Assembly: GCA_963789265.1 (NCBI GenBank)
Contig: CAWBKB010000007.1
Span: 192,001 to 256,000 of the forward strand
DNA length: 64,000 bases
Origin: an uncultured delta proteobacterium
GTDB lineage: Bacteria > Desulfobacterota > Desulfomonilia > Desulfomonilales > Desulfomonilaceae
Reading direction: 5' to 3'
Below the pieces are notes generated by a model that was given only the letters and a program-made list of their open reading frames with translations, was not told where the DNA came from and searched no databases. Positions 49,265 through 60,597 of the stretch are shown here, piece after piece (positions within the stretch are counted from its first letter, which is position 1; every line of letters starts with the position of its first letter). The position numbers and the translations under genes were made by a program.

Positions 49265-50332
49265 GGGACAATGGCATTAGCTCGCGGCGACCCCACGCCT
49301 CGCGGGATGCCTACACCGACCCCGGATCGGAATCCCGGCCCATCCGGTGAAACGCGAGCCGAACCGGAGGAAGATTTAGGCGTCTCCGATGAGGATTGCC
49401 ACTTAACATTATTCCGAGTCACGCCGCCCGCGATATGAGCCGGTTCGCGAAAGTGCCCGGACGAGATTCGATTCAGATGTGCTGTAACCCTTCGACGGGC
49501 CAGTTTCAATGCTGACAGGTGCGGACGAGCGGCCGGCTTGCGAACCGCTGCACCGACCTTGGTTCTTGTAACTGTCGGCAGCATTTTGCGAGGACCTATC
49601 TTCTCACCTTGGGCTGAGGGCCTAGCCCAACTTCGTCCCGGTCCGGCAGCTAATGTGCTTCTGTTTCGGTGTCCTCCAACCGGACAGACATTCGCTTCAT
49701 TGAAGCCCAGATTCTGAAAGTCAACGCCTATATCAATCCGGTAGACATGTCGCGGTTGGGTTCTCTTTGCTGCTTTCAGAAACAATCACACCGTTCTCTT
49801 CTTCAACAGATTTTATCAGGAGGGTTGAACCGGCACCGTGAGTGACGAACCGGGGCTTTTGACGAGGGGCGGCAACGGCCTGCTTTTCATTGGTTCTTAC
49901 ATTCTTGGCCGGGGTCTGGGCTCGCGGTTCCGGCTGCCATTCTCCGAGAAGAACAATCAAGTAGTTGTCTATCTGATGAAGCTTGTGATCGGGAACCGGG
50001 GCTCCCCCAAAATCCAATACCACCTGAGCCCCATTGCCGGATTTGGCAATCCGGACCCGGAGCGCCGAGTTCCTTTCGAGTCCGATGATTTGCGGCGCCG
50101 GTGGTACGGTCGCTCCGGGAACATCTATCACTAATCTTGACGGCCGACTCATCTCCGAAGCAGTTGGGACACCGGTCCTTGCCTCTGTTTTTATGGCTAC
50201 TCGTCGCAAATCGGAAGAGACGCTCACTTCAGTTATAGAATTTGCAGCCAATATATTGGAAGTCCAAAATAAAGAGCATAGGCAAGATGCGACGAAAACA
50301 ATCGGAATTCGGAATTGGTTCCGGGCGATCAC
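49260..50332 (-). CDS. Secreted AMIN-domain-like protein with low-complexity tail (frameshift near 49780; 3' end uncertain)
   Basis: Signal peptide; PSRLVIDVPG..VRIA..QVVLD. Confidence 0.6.
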
Positions 50333-50497
50333 GGCAACCTCACATGGCTTGGGCAGCCCCAGGACAGCTAAGCTTGCCGAGATACTATCATAAACTTCAG
50401 GGATTAGTCAAATAATATGGTGAAATACATTATACTGTCTATTGATATTATTGCAAGAACTGGCGTTTAAAAGGTGTGTTCCTGGGCAGGTCCCTAA

Positions 50498-51163
50498 TCA
50501 GCGCGTCTTGGAAGGTGGATCCAATATTTCGCACGGTTTGTCGGGCTCTTCTTCGGTCAGTCTCTGCTGGAGTTGAGTTATGGGGAACCTTTTGACGACG
50601 AGAAAAGGCTGGAGCATTTGCGATTGATCGTTCCAAATGTACTGCTCCAGTTCGATAAATTCGCCATCTTGCTCATAAAGAATGACCCACCATTCGTGTT
50701 CCTTCACGTCATAGCAAAGCTTTATCTTTTTCACTCCCTGGGCTGCTTTCGCCTTCTCAAAGGCAGCCTCTCTAACTTTCTGGTCTTCCCATGCTTGTTT
50801 TGCAGGTTGGTTTTGCGGTTTGGAAGATGTGGCCGACCTGTCGCGCCTTGCTTTCTCTCCTTGGCGTGAGGTCTTTCCATCAAAAGGATTGTCGCTTCCC
50901 GAGGACAATGGTTGTGCGGTTCCCTCGGCCTTGAGAAGACCGTTTCCGAAAGTCTTTGCCGCCTGTGAAGTTCCTTCAGGTTCTTCAGGGATCGTGGGAT
51001 GGATAAGCGACCCGCCGGGGGTGGTCTTCACCTGTTTGGAATTCTGCGAGTTCTGCGGAGGCAAACCCGGTTTTAGCACGGCCTCCTGTGAAGGGACTAT
51101 GCACCCCGAAACTAGCAGAGCTACAGTCCAAAGTGCGGCTGCCCCGACAGTCCGACGCCTCAT
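50498..51163 (-). CDS. Hypothetical lipoprotein
   Basis: MRRR + hydrophobic stretch + VSGC lipobox. Confidence 0.7.
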   Translation of the reverse strand: MRRRTVGAAALWTVALLVSGCIVPSQEAVLKPGLPPQNSQNSKQVKTTPGGSLIHPTIPEEPEGTSQAAKTFGNGLLKAEGTAQPLSSGSDNPFDGKTSRQGEKARRDRSATSSKPQNQPAKQAWEDQKVREAAFEKAKAAQGVKKIKLCYDVKEHEWWVILYEQDGEFIELEQYIWNDQSQMLQPFLVVKRFPITQLQQRLTEEEPDKPCEILDPPSKTR

Positions 51164-51607
51164 AGATTTCCCGCTTACCTCGCTCGAATATGTTTCTGCC
51201 CGGTGGGTTTCCCAAAAGAAACGCATGTCGGCTTTCCGGCTCCTTTCCCCGGAGGGTTATACTTAATCCTATTTTCCTGGCAGTGGCTAGAAAAAAATGA
51301 CCGGGAAGGAACTTCGGCTGGGTGGGAGAATATCCCCGGCGCTCTCCGGAAGTGTTAAACCAAGCGTGTACTGTGATCCGGTATGATAGAGGCTGGGTTC
51401 AACCCAATTCGCGTTCAAAGTTGAAATGAAATCCCCTGTACCCGCCCTTTAATGAAGGGGAGAAGGGTATAGGCGTTAAAAATTGGCTCCAAGTGCTCTT
51501 CGTCCCGGAGGTCTATGCGGGGGAAGGGGGGATATTGAATGCGAATTGGTTTGAAACCCCGCCCCTATCTCGTTGACGGGCACGGTAAGAGGCAAGGTGA
51601 TACGCGC

Positions 51608-51853
51608 TCAAAATCCTTCTGCCTGAATGTAAATCCTTTGAGGGCCGGGATATTTGGCCGCAAGGGAAGGCAAAGGGCCGGAACCTTGTGGGAGCACCTT
51701 TGGAAGGGCCTTGGGAATCGGGCCGCGATCCAGGCCCAACTGATTTGCCGCAGCATCGAAGATGTACCTCAGGAGCCCGAGTGCATGTGACGGGGCTGGA
51801 GAGCTTAACGATAAAAAAGCTATAATGATTCCGATAAAGATCTTTGTCTTCAT
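51608..51853 (-). CDS. Small secreted hypothetical protein
   Basis: Signal peptide ending PSHA; SD AAGGTGG; upstream TTGACA-17-TATATA. Confidence 0.6.
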   Translation of the reverse strand: MKTKIFIGIIIAFLSLSSPAPSHALGLLRYIFDAAANQLGLDRGPIPKALPKVLPQGSGPLPSLAAKYPGPQRIYIQAEGF

Positions 51854-51929
51854 GACATTTTCCACCTTTATTCTAACTAATTATATATAATTTATAATTT
51901 TATATGTCAAGAATAATCTGTGTGATCTT

Positions 51930-52062
51930 GTAACCATTCAATCTTGTGGGGCAGTCCCGCGAGGCGCGGGACAGCCTGCCGAGGAAACCCCTGTTCAATG
52001 GCGGGCTAGAAAGCCCACCCTACGAAGCCACCCGCAAATTCCGGCTGTAACTGAATGCATAC
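51930..52062. mobile_element. 133-bp MITE with 8-bp TSD
   Basis: IRs GTAACCATTCA / TGAATGCATAC; GTGATCTT at 51922-51929 and 52063-52070; internal REP hairpins. Confidence 0.75.
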
Positions 52063-52114
52063 GTGATCTTGTAACCATAAACTTACGCGGCCTCGCACGG
52101 TTTCAGACGACCCA

Positions 52115-52384
52115 TCAACGTTTGCCGTGTCTCCACGGTATCGGCCCGCATGGGGGGGGACAATACGGCGGTGGAGGTGGCCCGTAAGTCAGATAATGAG
52201 GAGGTATGCGACAGGGATACATCGGCGCTGTGCACAGGAAGTACCAAGCTCCCTGCTCTAGGAAACCCATCAAGGTGGGATCCAACGGCGGCTGAGAGGC
52301 TGCCGCGGGGCCACCGGCCTGCGTAGCCGTGCAGATTTGCAGGACACAGATGACTATAATCAAAACAACAACGAGAGCCTTCAT
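52115..52384 (-). CDS. Small secreted Pro/Cys-rich hypothetical protein
   Basis: Signal peptide; WYFLCTAPMYPCRIPPHY..PPPPPYCPPPC. Confidence 0.6.
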   Translation of the reverse strand: MKALVVVLIIVICVLQICTATQAGGPAAASQPPLDPTLMGFLEQGAWYFLCTAPMYPCRIPPHYLTYGPPPPPYCPPPCGPIPWRHGKR

Positions 52385-52603
52385 TTCCTTACCCTATCGT
52401 GATTACACTGTGATATGAAGCAATTATAACATAATTGAAGCTTGTTTTCAAGTATATATATTCTTAATCATAGGATATCACGGTAACATTTGGTAATTTA
52501 TATCCATTTCATACGCAAGCTGCGCGGTCTCGGACAATTGTAGCCGAATAGCCCTGGATGATTTACAATCCGCAAATCAAGCATCCGATTAGTGAGGCCA
52601 AGC

Positions 52604-53390
52604 ATGGAATGGGCGTCGTTTGTGGTGAAGAACCTTGTTGGGCGTATGCTTAACCCCATTTGCGCGGCGCTTCTGCTCAGTTTCATCGGAACGATTATTT
52701 GGGTGCTGAGACCTGACCGACGTACGGGCTTGATCCTCGTGGTGAGCGGCGCGTTACTCCTGCTTGTCATGTCTCTGCCCATGACCGGTGGCCTGATGGT
52801 GCACTCACTCGAGCTGAAGGCGGGCATGTACGCCGACCCGGCGGAGCTGTCCCGCGCCGGCGTGAGGTGGATCGTGGTTCTAGGGGGGGACTTGCGGGGG
52901 GGAGATTTATCGCCGGCAGATCGTGTGGCCTGCACTTCGCTGGTAAGGGTGATGGAAGGGGTACGCCTGTGGAAAGAATTACCCAAAAGCAAGTTGGTGC
53001 TTTCGGGCGGAACAATCTCTTCTCGAAAAATGGCCACCGGTATGGGTATGGCACTCCTGGCGCAGGAAATTGGTGTGCCCAAAGATGCGATCGTGGTGGA
53101 GAGCCAATCCTGGGATACTGAAGACGAGGCACGACTTCTGAAGCCTGTTTCTGGGGAGAGACAAATTCGCGCTGGTCACGTCTGCCTGCCACATGAGGCG
53201 ATCGGTTTTGCATTTCAAGCGTATGGGTCTCGACCCGATCCCCGCGCCCGCAGATTTCCTAACGAAAGACTTCCAGCAAGGTTTCGGGGGCTTGATTCCC
53301 TCGCCGGACGCTCTGGCCATGTCTCAAGCGGCAATTCACGAAGTACCTCGGGACCCTGTGGCTCGAGATAAAACAACTCTTTTCAGTTCA
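52604..53390 (+). CDS. ElyC/SanA/YdcF (DUF218) family protein (frameshifts near 53150 and 53343; end approximate)
   Basis: IVVLGG, LVLSGG, SWDTEDEA, then LVTSACHMRRS..P.PAPADF..AIHE. Confidence 0.85.
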
Positions 53391-54076
53391 CGACAGGTCG
53401 TTGCCGGCCAACGCCGTCAGAAACGCGGGCTCCACTTCCCGGACAAAGGTCCAGGTGACCGTATTGTTCAGGGGGAGACCGGCAATTCCTGTAAGCCAGC
53501 GCCTGTAAGACCGAACCGGGGCGAGATTCATTTCGAAGAAGGCACCGAGCACCTGGCTTTCAACATGGCCTTCAACGCGGTCAGTTTCTCGTTCGCCTCG
53601 GCCAACTCATGCTTTTCAGCGTCTGTGAGCCTCGAAAACAAGCTGTGCTGCCGTCTTTGCAGAGCATTGACTCGGCCCAACAATTGAACGAGCAACAGCC
53701 TGAGTTCCGCGGAATTTGCAGTCAAGTAATCTTCCGGTTCCGGGCCGCCTATGATCGCCTTACGAGCCTTCGAGGCTGGAGGTGGTTGACTATTACTACT
53801 GCCGACCTCTCCCGCGGGCGGCTGCGTGCGCCTCAGTATCCGCTCCTTCTGTTCCTCCGCGGTATAAGCCAGGAGGACCCGGAAAGGGGCGTAGCTCTTA
53901 CCTGCCTGCATGTTCGGTACGCGGCCATCGCCCGCACGAGCTTCCCGAAAAAATTCGACGGCTTCTTTTTTTGTCCCGCCTGAATTCGCAACTGCCGCGG
54001 GGAAATTTCCCATGCACCAGAGCAAGAGCGCTCCCATGATTAACAGGTTCCTGCAATGAATGCATCGATCTCTCAC
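53387..54076 (-). CDS. Secreted hypothetical protein (probable frameshift near 53560)
   Basis: Signal-like N-terminus and coiled coil in ORF 53528-54076; a shifted frame continues open to 53387. Confidence 0.5.
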
Positions 54077-54292
54077 AGGGGCCGCCTCCGTTCGGAACTT
54101 TCCTTAGTTATACTTAATAATATCACAGCCGGCCCTAAAACTTGAGGCTTTGAAGAGGGGCGCGGGATTCGTAGTAATCGGACTGGATGGACCCGATAAG
54201 ATGGCTGTAAAAGTTATCTATTTACATTTATCCTTCAATTATGCTATGATACGTCCAGTTTTCAATGGCATTCAGTATTTAAAGGCCATACA

Positions 54293-55381
54293 TTGCTTAA
54301 TTTATTTGTTAATTTTCGCTTGGCATGGATCGGTATCCTGGCTCTCATGCTCGCAGGGTGCATCGGACTCTTGCCCTCCCCTTTTAGGCCTTCACCCGGG
54401 CCGCAAAAGGCCCCACAAACCGAGGATCTTGCCGAAGCCTTTGACATCGTGTGCAGAAACTATCGACTCGGTCCGAGCGACCAGATTGGCGTACTCTTTC
54501 AAACTGAATGGAACATCCCAGCGGGGAGCTACAAGCTCGACACGCTCGATCAGATCGCCATCAAGTTCATCCTCGATCCCCAACTCAATGAAACCGTCAC
54601 CATTCGTCCGGATGGCATGATCACTCTTCAGGCTATCGGGGAGGTCCAGGCCGCAGGTCTGACTCCCGACCAACTTGCCAAAAATATCGAGAAAAAATTT
54701 CTGGAAGCCAAGATATTCAGTAAGCAGGAAACACGCGGGGAGCTTAGAAATTACCGGCTCGTCACGGTTCATGTCATTACCTTCTATGAAAAGGTCAAGA
54801 AGCTTACCGATTCCCTTACCACTCTTGTTGGCGGCAGCCAGACTGCAATCACGATCAAACCTGATGGTACCATAGACCTGCCGCTCATCCACGAACGGGT
54901 TATGTGCGCAGGGCACACTGTCAGAGAAGTTGAGGACACCGTTAACAGGCTTTACAGAGAAGGACCGTTACAGCATGTGGTAGCCTCGGTTTCGCTTGGC
55001 GCGGCCAAGTCCCGGAACTTTTACGTCATCGGCGAAGTGGGTACTCAGGGGGCTTTCCCCTACACTCAGCCGATTACGGCTCTGCACGCGCTCGCCATGG
55101 CTGGGGGGCCAAACACGACGACTGCTGACCTTACCAGTGTGATCCTCATATCAAAGAACATTTACGGCAAACCCATCGGCAGGCGTTTGGACCTGAAAAG
55201 AATCTTCGACATTGGAGATTTGAGTTGTAACATCATGATCAAACCCTATGATGTTCTCTATGTTCCAAGGACTTACATACAGGATCTCAACCTTTTCATC
55301 AGCCAGTACCCTCAATGCCATCAGCAGTATAAAGGGCTTTGCCGATACCCTGCGCGGCCCGTAACGCGTAATTGCTCCTGA
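54293..55381 (+). CDS. Polysaccharide biosynthesis/export lipoprotein (Wza-like)
   Basis: LAGC lipobox; IRPDGMITL..IGEVQAAGLT; FYVIGEV..G; ALAMAGG; DVLYVP. Confidence 0.9.
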   Translation: MLNLFVNFRLAWIGILALMLAGCIGLLPSPFRPSPGPQKAPQTEDLAEAFDIVCRNYRLGPSDQIGVLFQTEWNIPAGSYKLDTLDQIAIKFILDPQLNETVTIRPDGMITLQAIGEVQAAGLTPDQLAKNIEKKFLEAKIFSKQETRGELRNYRLVTVHVITFYEKVKKLTDSLTTLVGGSQTAITIKPDGTIDLPLIHERVMCAGHTVREVEDTVNRLYREGPLQHVVASVSLGAAKSRNFYVIGEVGTQGAFPYTQPITALHALAMAGGPNTTTADLTSVILISKNIYGKPIGRRLDLKRIFDIGDLSCNIMIKPYDVLYVPRTYIQDLNLFISQYPQCHQQYKGLCRYPARPVTRNCS

Positions 55382-55577
55382 TTCATTCACTATTCCGGAG
55401 AACTGAAAAACCAGCATCGGCCTCGGCCTTAAGATTTGCACTGTCACGTTTGTCCCCCGGACCTCGTTCACTCTCTTGACCTCTTCACGCCGGATGGTGA
55501 CATCTCGGACAATTGCCGCCAATGCAGAAACTTGCACTTCCAAATGGGGTACTACGTGCAGCCGAGACCCTCCTGCG

Positions 55578-57504
55578 TCACTTGTCGTGCGGCAACTTCG
55601 ACCTGAAAATCAGGTCGAAAAGCACGCTTCGGTCACTCTTCCTGCCGTGTATTGCCAGATCTTCCTCCGGGTGATAAAGGGGCTCGCTGAGCTGAATGGA
55701 GATCGGCAACCGCACTGCTGCATTCGCGGGGAATATGGTAAATTTGTATGTCCTGCCTTTTGACTGGAAGATCGGGTCAAACAAGATATCCACGTGCAAT
55801 CGCTTATCTAAAGTGAAAGCCTGGATGCCGACCTCGCGGACCACCTCGCCTGATGCAGCGTCTTTCAGTGCAAACGTGTAATCCGTCGATTCCTTGCCGT
55901 GAGGAAGACCGGGATCGACAAAAGCCACCGATATCCCGGTCAGGCCGTTCATTGGGCACGCGAACGCCTGATAGAAATCGCCGGGGGCACTCAGCACAAT
56001 GTGAAATCTGGGGTCCCGGGCCAATCTGAGATCCTGCCACAATTTCCAAGTAGGTTGCTCTTTCCCATAGTATCTGTTTATGACGGTTGAGAGAGTCGTG
56101 GGAATGACAACCAACATAAATGCTACTATTACGAATGGGATGAGAGAAATAAAGCGCGATCTCAAGATAGGCCGGCGAATATGGAACAAGAGAAAAAAAG
56201 CCGGCCCCAGGGGAATGAGGTATCTGCCTTGGAGGCCATGGATGACCGTCGCGTGGGGGCGAGAGAATGAGATGTACTGCGTAGTCATAATAAAAACATA
56301 AACAAAAACGGCCACTAAACCCACTATTATCTTGCCCGGCACGCCAACTCCTGATTTCCCGGGGTCTTCCATAATTGCACTTGCAAAGATTAGGGAAAGG
56401 TACGCCACGATAATCGTACGGGGCAAAACCGTATCCACCCACCCCAATACTCCAACAAATTGCGCTACATAGCCCCTGTACAATCCGGTTGTGGTCTTGG
56501 CGACCAGCCACAAATATTGGAGTGGAGCCTCCCCAATTCCCACCAAGAGAGACCGTTCAACTGGTGCTTTAATGGCAGGCACGGAACCAAAGATTGGCGG
56601 CAACTGGTGAAGAGACACCATCGTCCACGAGCCCAGGGTGACCGCTGCCGGAATCGCTCCCATGGCAACGAGTCCAAGATACTTCGGGAGTGAACCCGCC
56701 TTACGGACCGGAATCAAAAGTAAAAAGGCAAGCATGGGCGCGTAAACTCCGGCTTTCGCAGGAGCCAACAATGCACCCACGATCGCCGGTAACAAAACCG
56801 ATCCAGCCGTGAACTCCTTTTCGGGTGACAATGCCAGATCAAGGACAGATGCTGTGAAGAGAAATGCCAGTCCATTTATGACGGCGTCCTGTGAGCAGGA
56901 AGCTGCTAAAGACATGTTAATGGGGGTGGCCGCTAGTAGGCAAAAGACCCATTTAAGTATTGGGGTCTTTTTTATGCTCCAGTAAAAAAGACACACGCAA
57001 AAAACCAGTGCGCTAAGTCTGGCAAGGTAAAGTAGCGCCAGCGGACCCAATCCGAGATTCCGCCCTACAATCACTCCAAAAGCCTGCGGAAAGTAAAAAT
57101 GTGGGCTGTAGAGACCCGAGTACGAGGCGATGTACCGATCTGTCATCCGGGTTCAAGGGGATCTGGAATGCGGATAAAATGGTAGCCGGTGTAATTTTCC
57201 GGTCCAGGTCTCCGGGAATAAGCCGACTTGTCGCCTGCCAAGCCAGTTTCAGGCTCTTGGGTAGCAACTCTGCTTCAAAATGGTTGCCCAGCATGATCCC
57301 TTCGGACACCTGGTACGCTCTAAAGAAATGATGCTCCTCATCCGGGGCCTGAAAGGGAGGCATTATCACCAGCACCGAGCAACCGAACACCAGCGCAAAA
57401 TATAGAAATACCGCCTCTGGTTTTAGCCTTCGCGTCACACGAGACAAATAGCTGCACTCCGAAGATAAGCTGACTAGAGTGTCAAGTTTCGGGAAAGGAT
57501 TCAT
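55578..57504 (-). CDS. DUF2142 family membrane protein (GT-C-like; frameshift near 57140)
   Basis: PPFQAPDEEHHFFRAYQ, YSPHFYFPQA.G, GVLGWVD, GLQGRYLIP. Confidence 0.85.
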
Positions 57505-57785
57505 CAGTTGACGCACGTTTCACTGGGAGAAGGAATTTGGGGCTTGATGTTATTATGATGCCATAAAGTTGGTTTGCCGGCAATTGGGAGATTCTGCCGG
57601 GAAATTCTCAACGGCTTCGGGAACCAAGAAGCCCCGGTTCGGGAAATATCTCCCGCACACGCGGGTTGCCTCGTCAACTGGAGTACTGGCATAATCCACC
57701 GGATCGGCGAAGCGCGGAGTCGACGCGACGAATCGCCGGTTCTGACACTTCTTACTAAAAGAATGGAAAATCCGGAGAACTTGTT

Positions 57786-59214
57786 GTGGATCATGCTATT
57801 GAAACAGTCCATGTGCGGACAGCAACACCTATTCGGATGGTTTTGCTTCTAGCCCTAGCGATCAGAATTGCCCTTCCTCTTCTCAGTTTTGCACTTACGC
57901 AAAATCCCAAGGTTTTTCACGCGAGCGACACCGAGCTTTACCTTAACCCAGCACTTTCCTTGTTCCAGACTGGCAGCTTCTTGACGTCGCCTGACAATCC
58001 CACCCCTGAAATAACTCGACCTCCGGGATATCCGGTTTTTCTCTTGCCGGCGATACTGGTCGGCAAGGTTGAACTCTTGACCATTTCAATCCAAATATTG
58101 CTAAGTTGTTTGACTGTGTATCTGGTTTACAGGATCGCGTTGCTGTTGTTCGTCAAGAATTCAGTAGCAGTGTTGTGCGCTTTGTTGTACGCGATTGAAC
58201 CTATGTCGGTGATATTCACCAGCCTACTAATGACCGAGACTTTATTCACGACCATATTAACAGCCTCGCTATTCTTCTTAACAAAGTACTTGGAGCGCGG
58301 TGCCTTAGCAGACCTACTGGTTGCCGGCCTTGCAATGGCCGTATCTGCCTTTGTCCGACCGGTTTCGACACTTTTGCCTCTATGGTCCGGCCTGCTGCTG
58401 CTTATTGCCGGCTGGATCAAAAAAACAAACAAAGTCAGGGCAGTAACCCATTTGTGTGTTTTCATGGCGGTTTCTATGACGCCGATCTTCATCTGGCAGG
58501 CCCGAAACAGAATTGAGACCGGATATCCAGGCTTCTCGGCCATATTTGATCTGGGCATGTACTGGTTACGTCCAAGCTGGAATTGAAGCAAAGCTGCTGG
58601 GAAAAACAACGGAGCACCAACAGATTGACATGGGGTTCAGTAGTAAAGAAAGGTATTTCCAACTGCATCCTGAACAGCGGTCATGGAACCAAGCGAAACT
58701 CCTCCGCTACTACAGGAGTGAAGCTATAAAGACTATTCTCAGGGAACCCGTCTGTTTTCTAACCCTGTACCTTAAGAGCCAGGTCAAATTCTTGTTGGCC
58801 CCGGGAGCAGGAGAATTGTTAGGATTGTTCGGGGCAACACGCTCGTTTCGATCTCCTGAATTTGCCTCGGACCCGGACGCGCTTATGGCCGGCAAAGGGA
58901 TTGTCGGCCGGCAACTGGTGTATGCGAAACACTGGCCCATCTTTTTTTGGACCGGCGCAGTTCTTGGATCATGGCTGTTTGCGTATCTGCTCTTGTCCAC
59001 GATTGCGATGTCTTCAAAGAAATTCTTCACGCTCCCGGGTGTGGTTGTTCTCGGCATTGCGGCCTATTTCATGCTCGTCCATTTTGATACCGGCAGCCCC
59101 TACAGATTCAGGCTTCCAATCATGCCCATAATATGCTTGTTTGCAGGATACGGGCTGTCTTTGGTCGTGGATCGCATCAAACGGCTGACAAATTCAGAGC
59201 AGACCACTCATTAA
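57786..59214 (+). CDS. ArnT/GT39-like membrane glycosyltransferase (frameshift near 58575)
   Basis: DTELY..A, RPPGYPVFL, LMTETLF, VRP, RFRLPIMP; many TM helices. Confidence 0.8.
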
Positions 59215-59554
59215 ATCTTGCAATGTCTACTACTCCACACGCTTTTGTGGTAATCCTCGCTGCTCGTTCAGCGAGATTACCTCATATTGTCTTACGCCGA
59301 TTCGCTTTCAAGCAAGTGAGAATGGGCCGACAGCAAACGGCACTGACCTGGCGCCATGATGGTGCTCAGGTCAGTGGCACCCAACATCCAGTCAAGATCG
59401 GGTCCTGGGTGCCATCCCGCGTCCCGCGGGAGGCTTTGTCAGCTCCGTGCTGTATTTCCTTGATTGTTCACCGTTTGATCGCGCACTGGTATTATACCGC
59501 CCGCTAGAGTAGTTTGTGTCCACTGAGAAGCTCGTCCAAAAAGAGGCAATTCGC

Positions 59555-60072
59555 ATGGAAAAGTGCGTCAAGGACCTGGAAAGGTCGATGACGGTGGCGG
59601 GAATATGTATAGCTTGCTGAGCCCTGTTTGCACTTTACACGGCGCTCGACACCAGAGGTTTCTCCCGCTTCCCGGAACGGCCCGGCTTGATAAACTACGG
59701 GATGCTGGCCGAGGCCTTTGCGTCAGGGCAGGTTTATCTTAAACAGAAGGTTGACCGGCAGCGACTCAACTCGCGCCGCCCATTAGACCCCACGACGCCT
59801 TGGCCGTTCATGTTCGACGCCATAATCTGGAACGGCAGATATTACCTTCACCAGGAACCACTTCCAGGATTGATTCGTGCCGTGGTACTTTACACCACAG
59901 GTCTTGCACCGCCCACAGGGGCTGTTGTGGTAACGTTCACTTTCGGAGTATTGATCCTTCTTGGTGTGCTGCTTCGACTTATTCGGCGAATCTACTTTCC
60001 CGAATCACCAACTTGGATGGCTTGGTACATCTGGCTCTCATTCGGCCTTTCCGGCATTCAACTCTTTATTGC
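59555..60072 (+). pseudogene. Truncated duplicate of the 62738 membrane gene
   Basis: Near-identical to 62738-63255; TGG>TGA at 59618; cut by an ISL3 end at 60073. Confidence 0.9.
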
Positions 60073-60376
60073 GGCTCATCCGGTATTTGCGTAGTTGGTT
60101 CCAAGGATGGGCAACTTCTTTGATATTCCTAAGCATTTGATCCGCCGGGTCCCGTCAAGGAGGAACGCTGAAGGCGTAGTGTCCTCGACGGGTGACGGAC
60201 CAAAATCATAATGCTGTCGATTGGTTGGAAGGAAAAGGCGGAATTGCATCAGACTAGCTGGCATACTGCAAAGCCAATAACCGAGAGGACCTCCGGACCT
60301 GATCTTGAAACCCTTTTCTTCCAACCCCGTTCCCATACTTTCCAAAGTTCGCAAATACGCACTTGTCGGATGAGCC
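60073..60376 (+). mobile_element. Mini-ISL3 (non-autonomous, 304 bp)
   Basis: IRs GGCTCATCCGGTATTTGCGTA / TACGCACTTGTCGGATGAGCC; the right IR is the exact reverse complement of the ISL3 end at 62028. Confidence 0.75.
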
Positions 60377-60597
60377 CGTTTTCAGTAATATGAAACCGGT
60401 TTTGCCGTCCTCTTGTCTCTTCAAGGACCATTCGGGGTCTTTCTGGGTTCCAGGGAGACAATGGATCGACCCGATTCTCACTCAAGGGCCTAAGGAGGGC
60501 AAGAAACGCGGCATAATCCCGGATAACACCAGTGGTTGAGACGCAGCGGCGGGCAGAGAGGACTTTTGCTCTGAGCAAGTTGGAAAAAGGTTATGAG

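Noticed and set aside
59618..59620. In-frame TGA as selenocysteine
   Set aside because: The intact copy has TGG (Trp) here and this copy is truncated, so it is a nonsense mutation.
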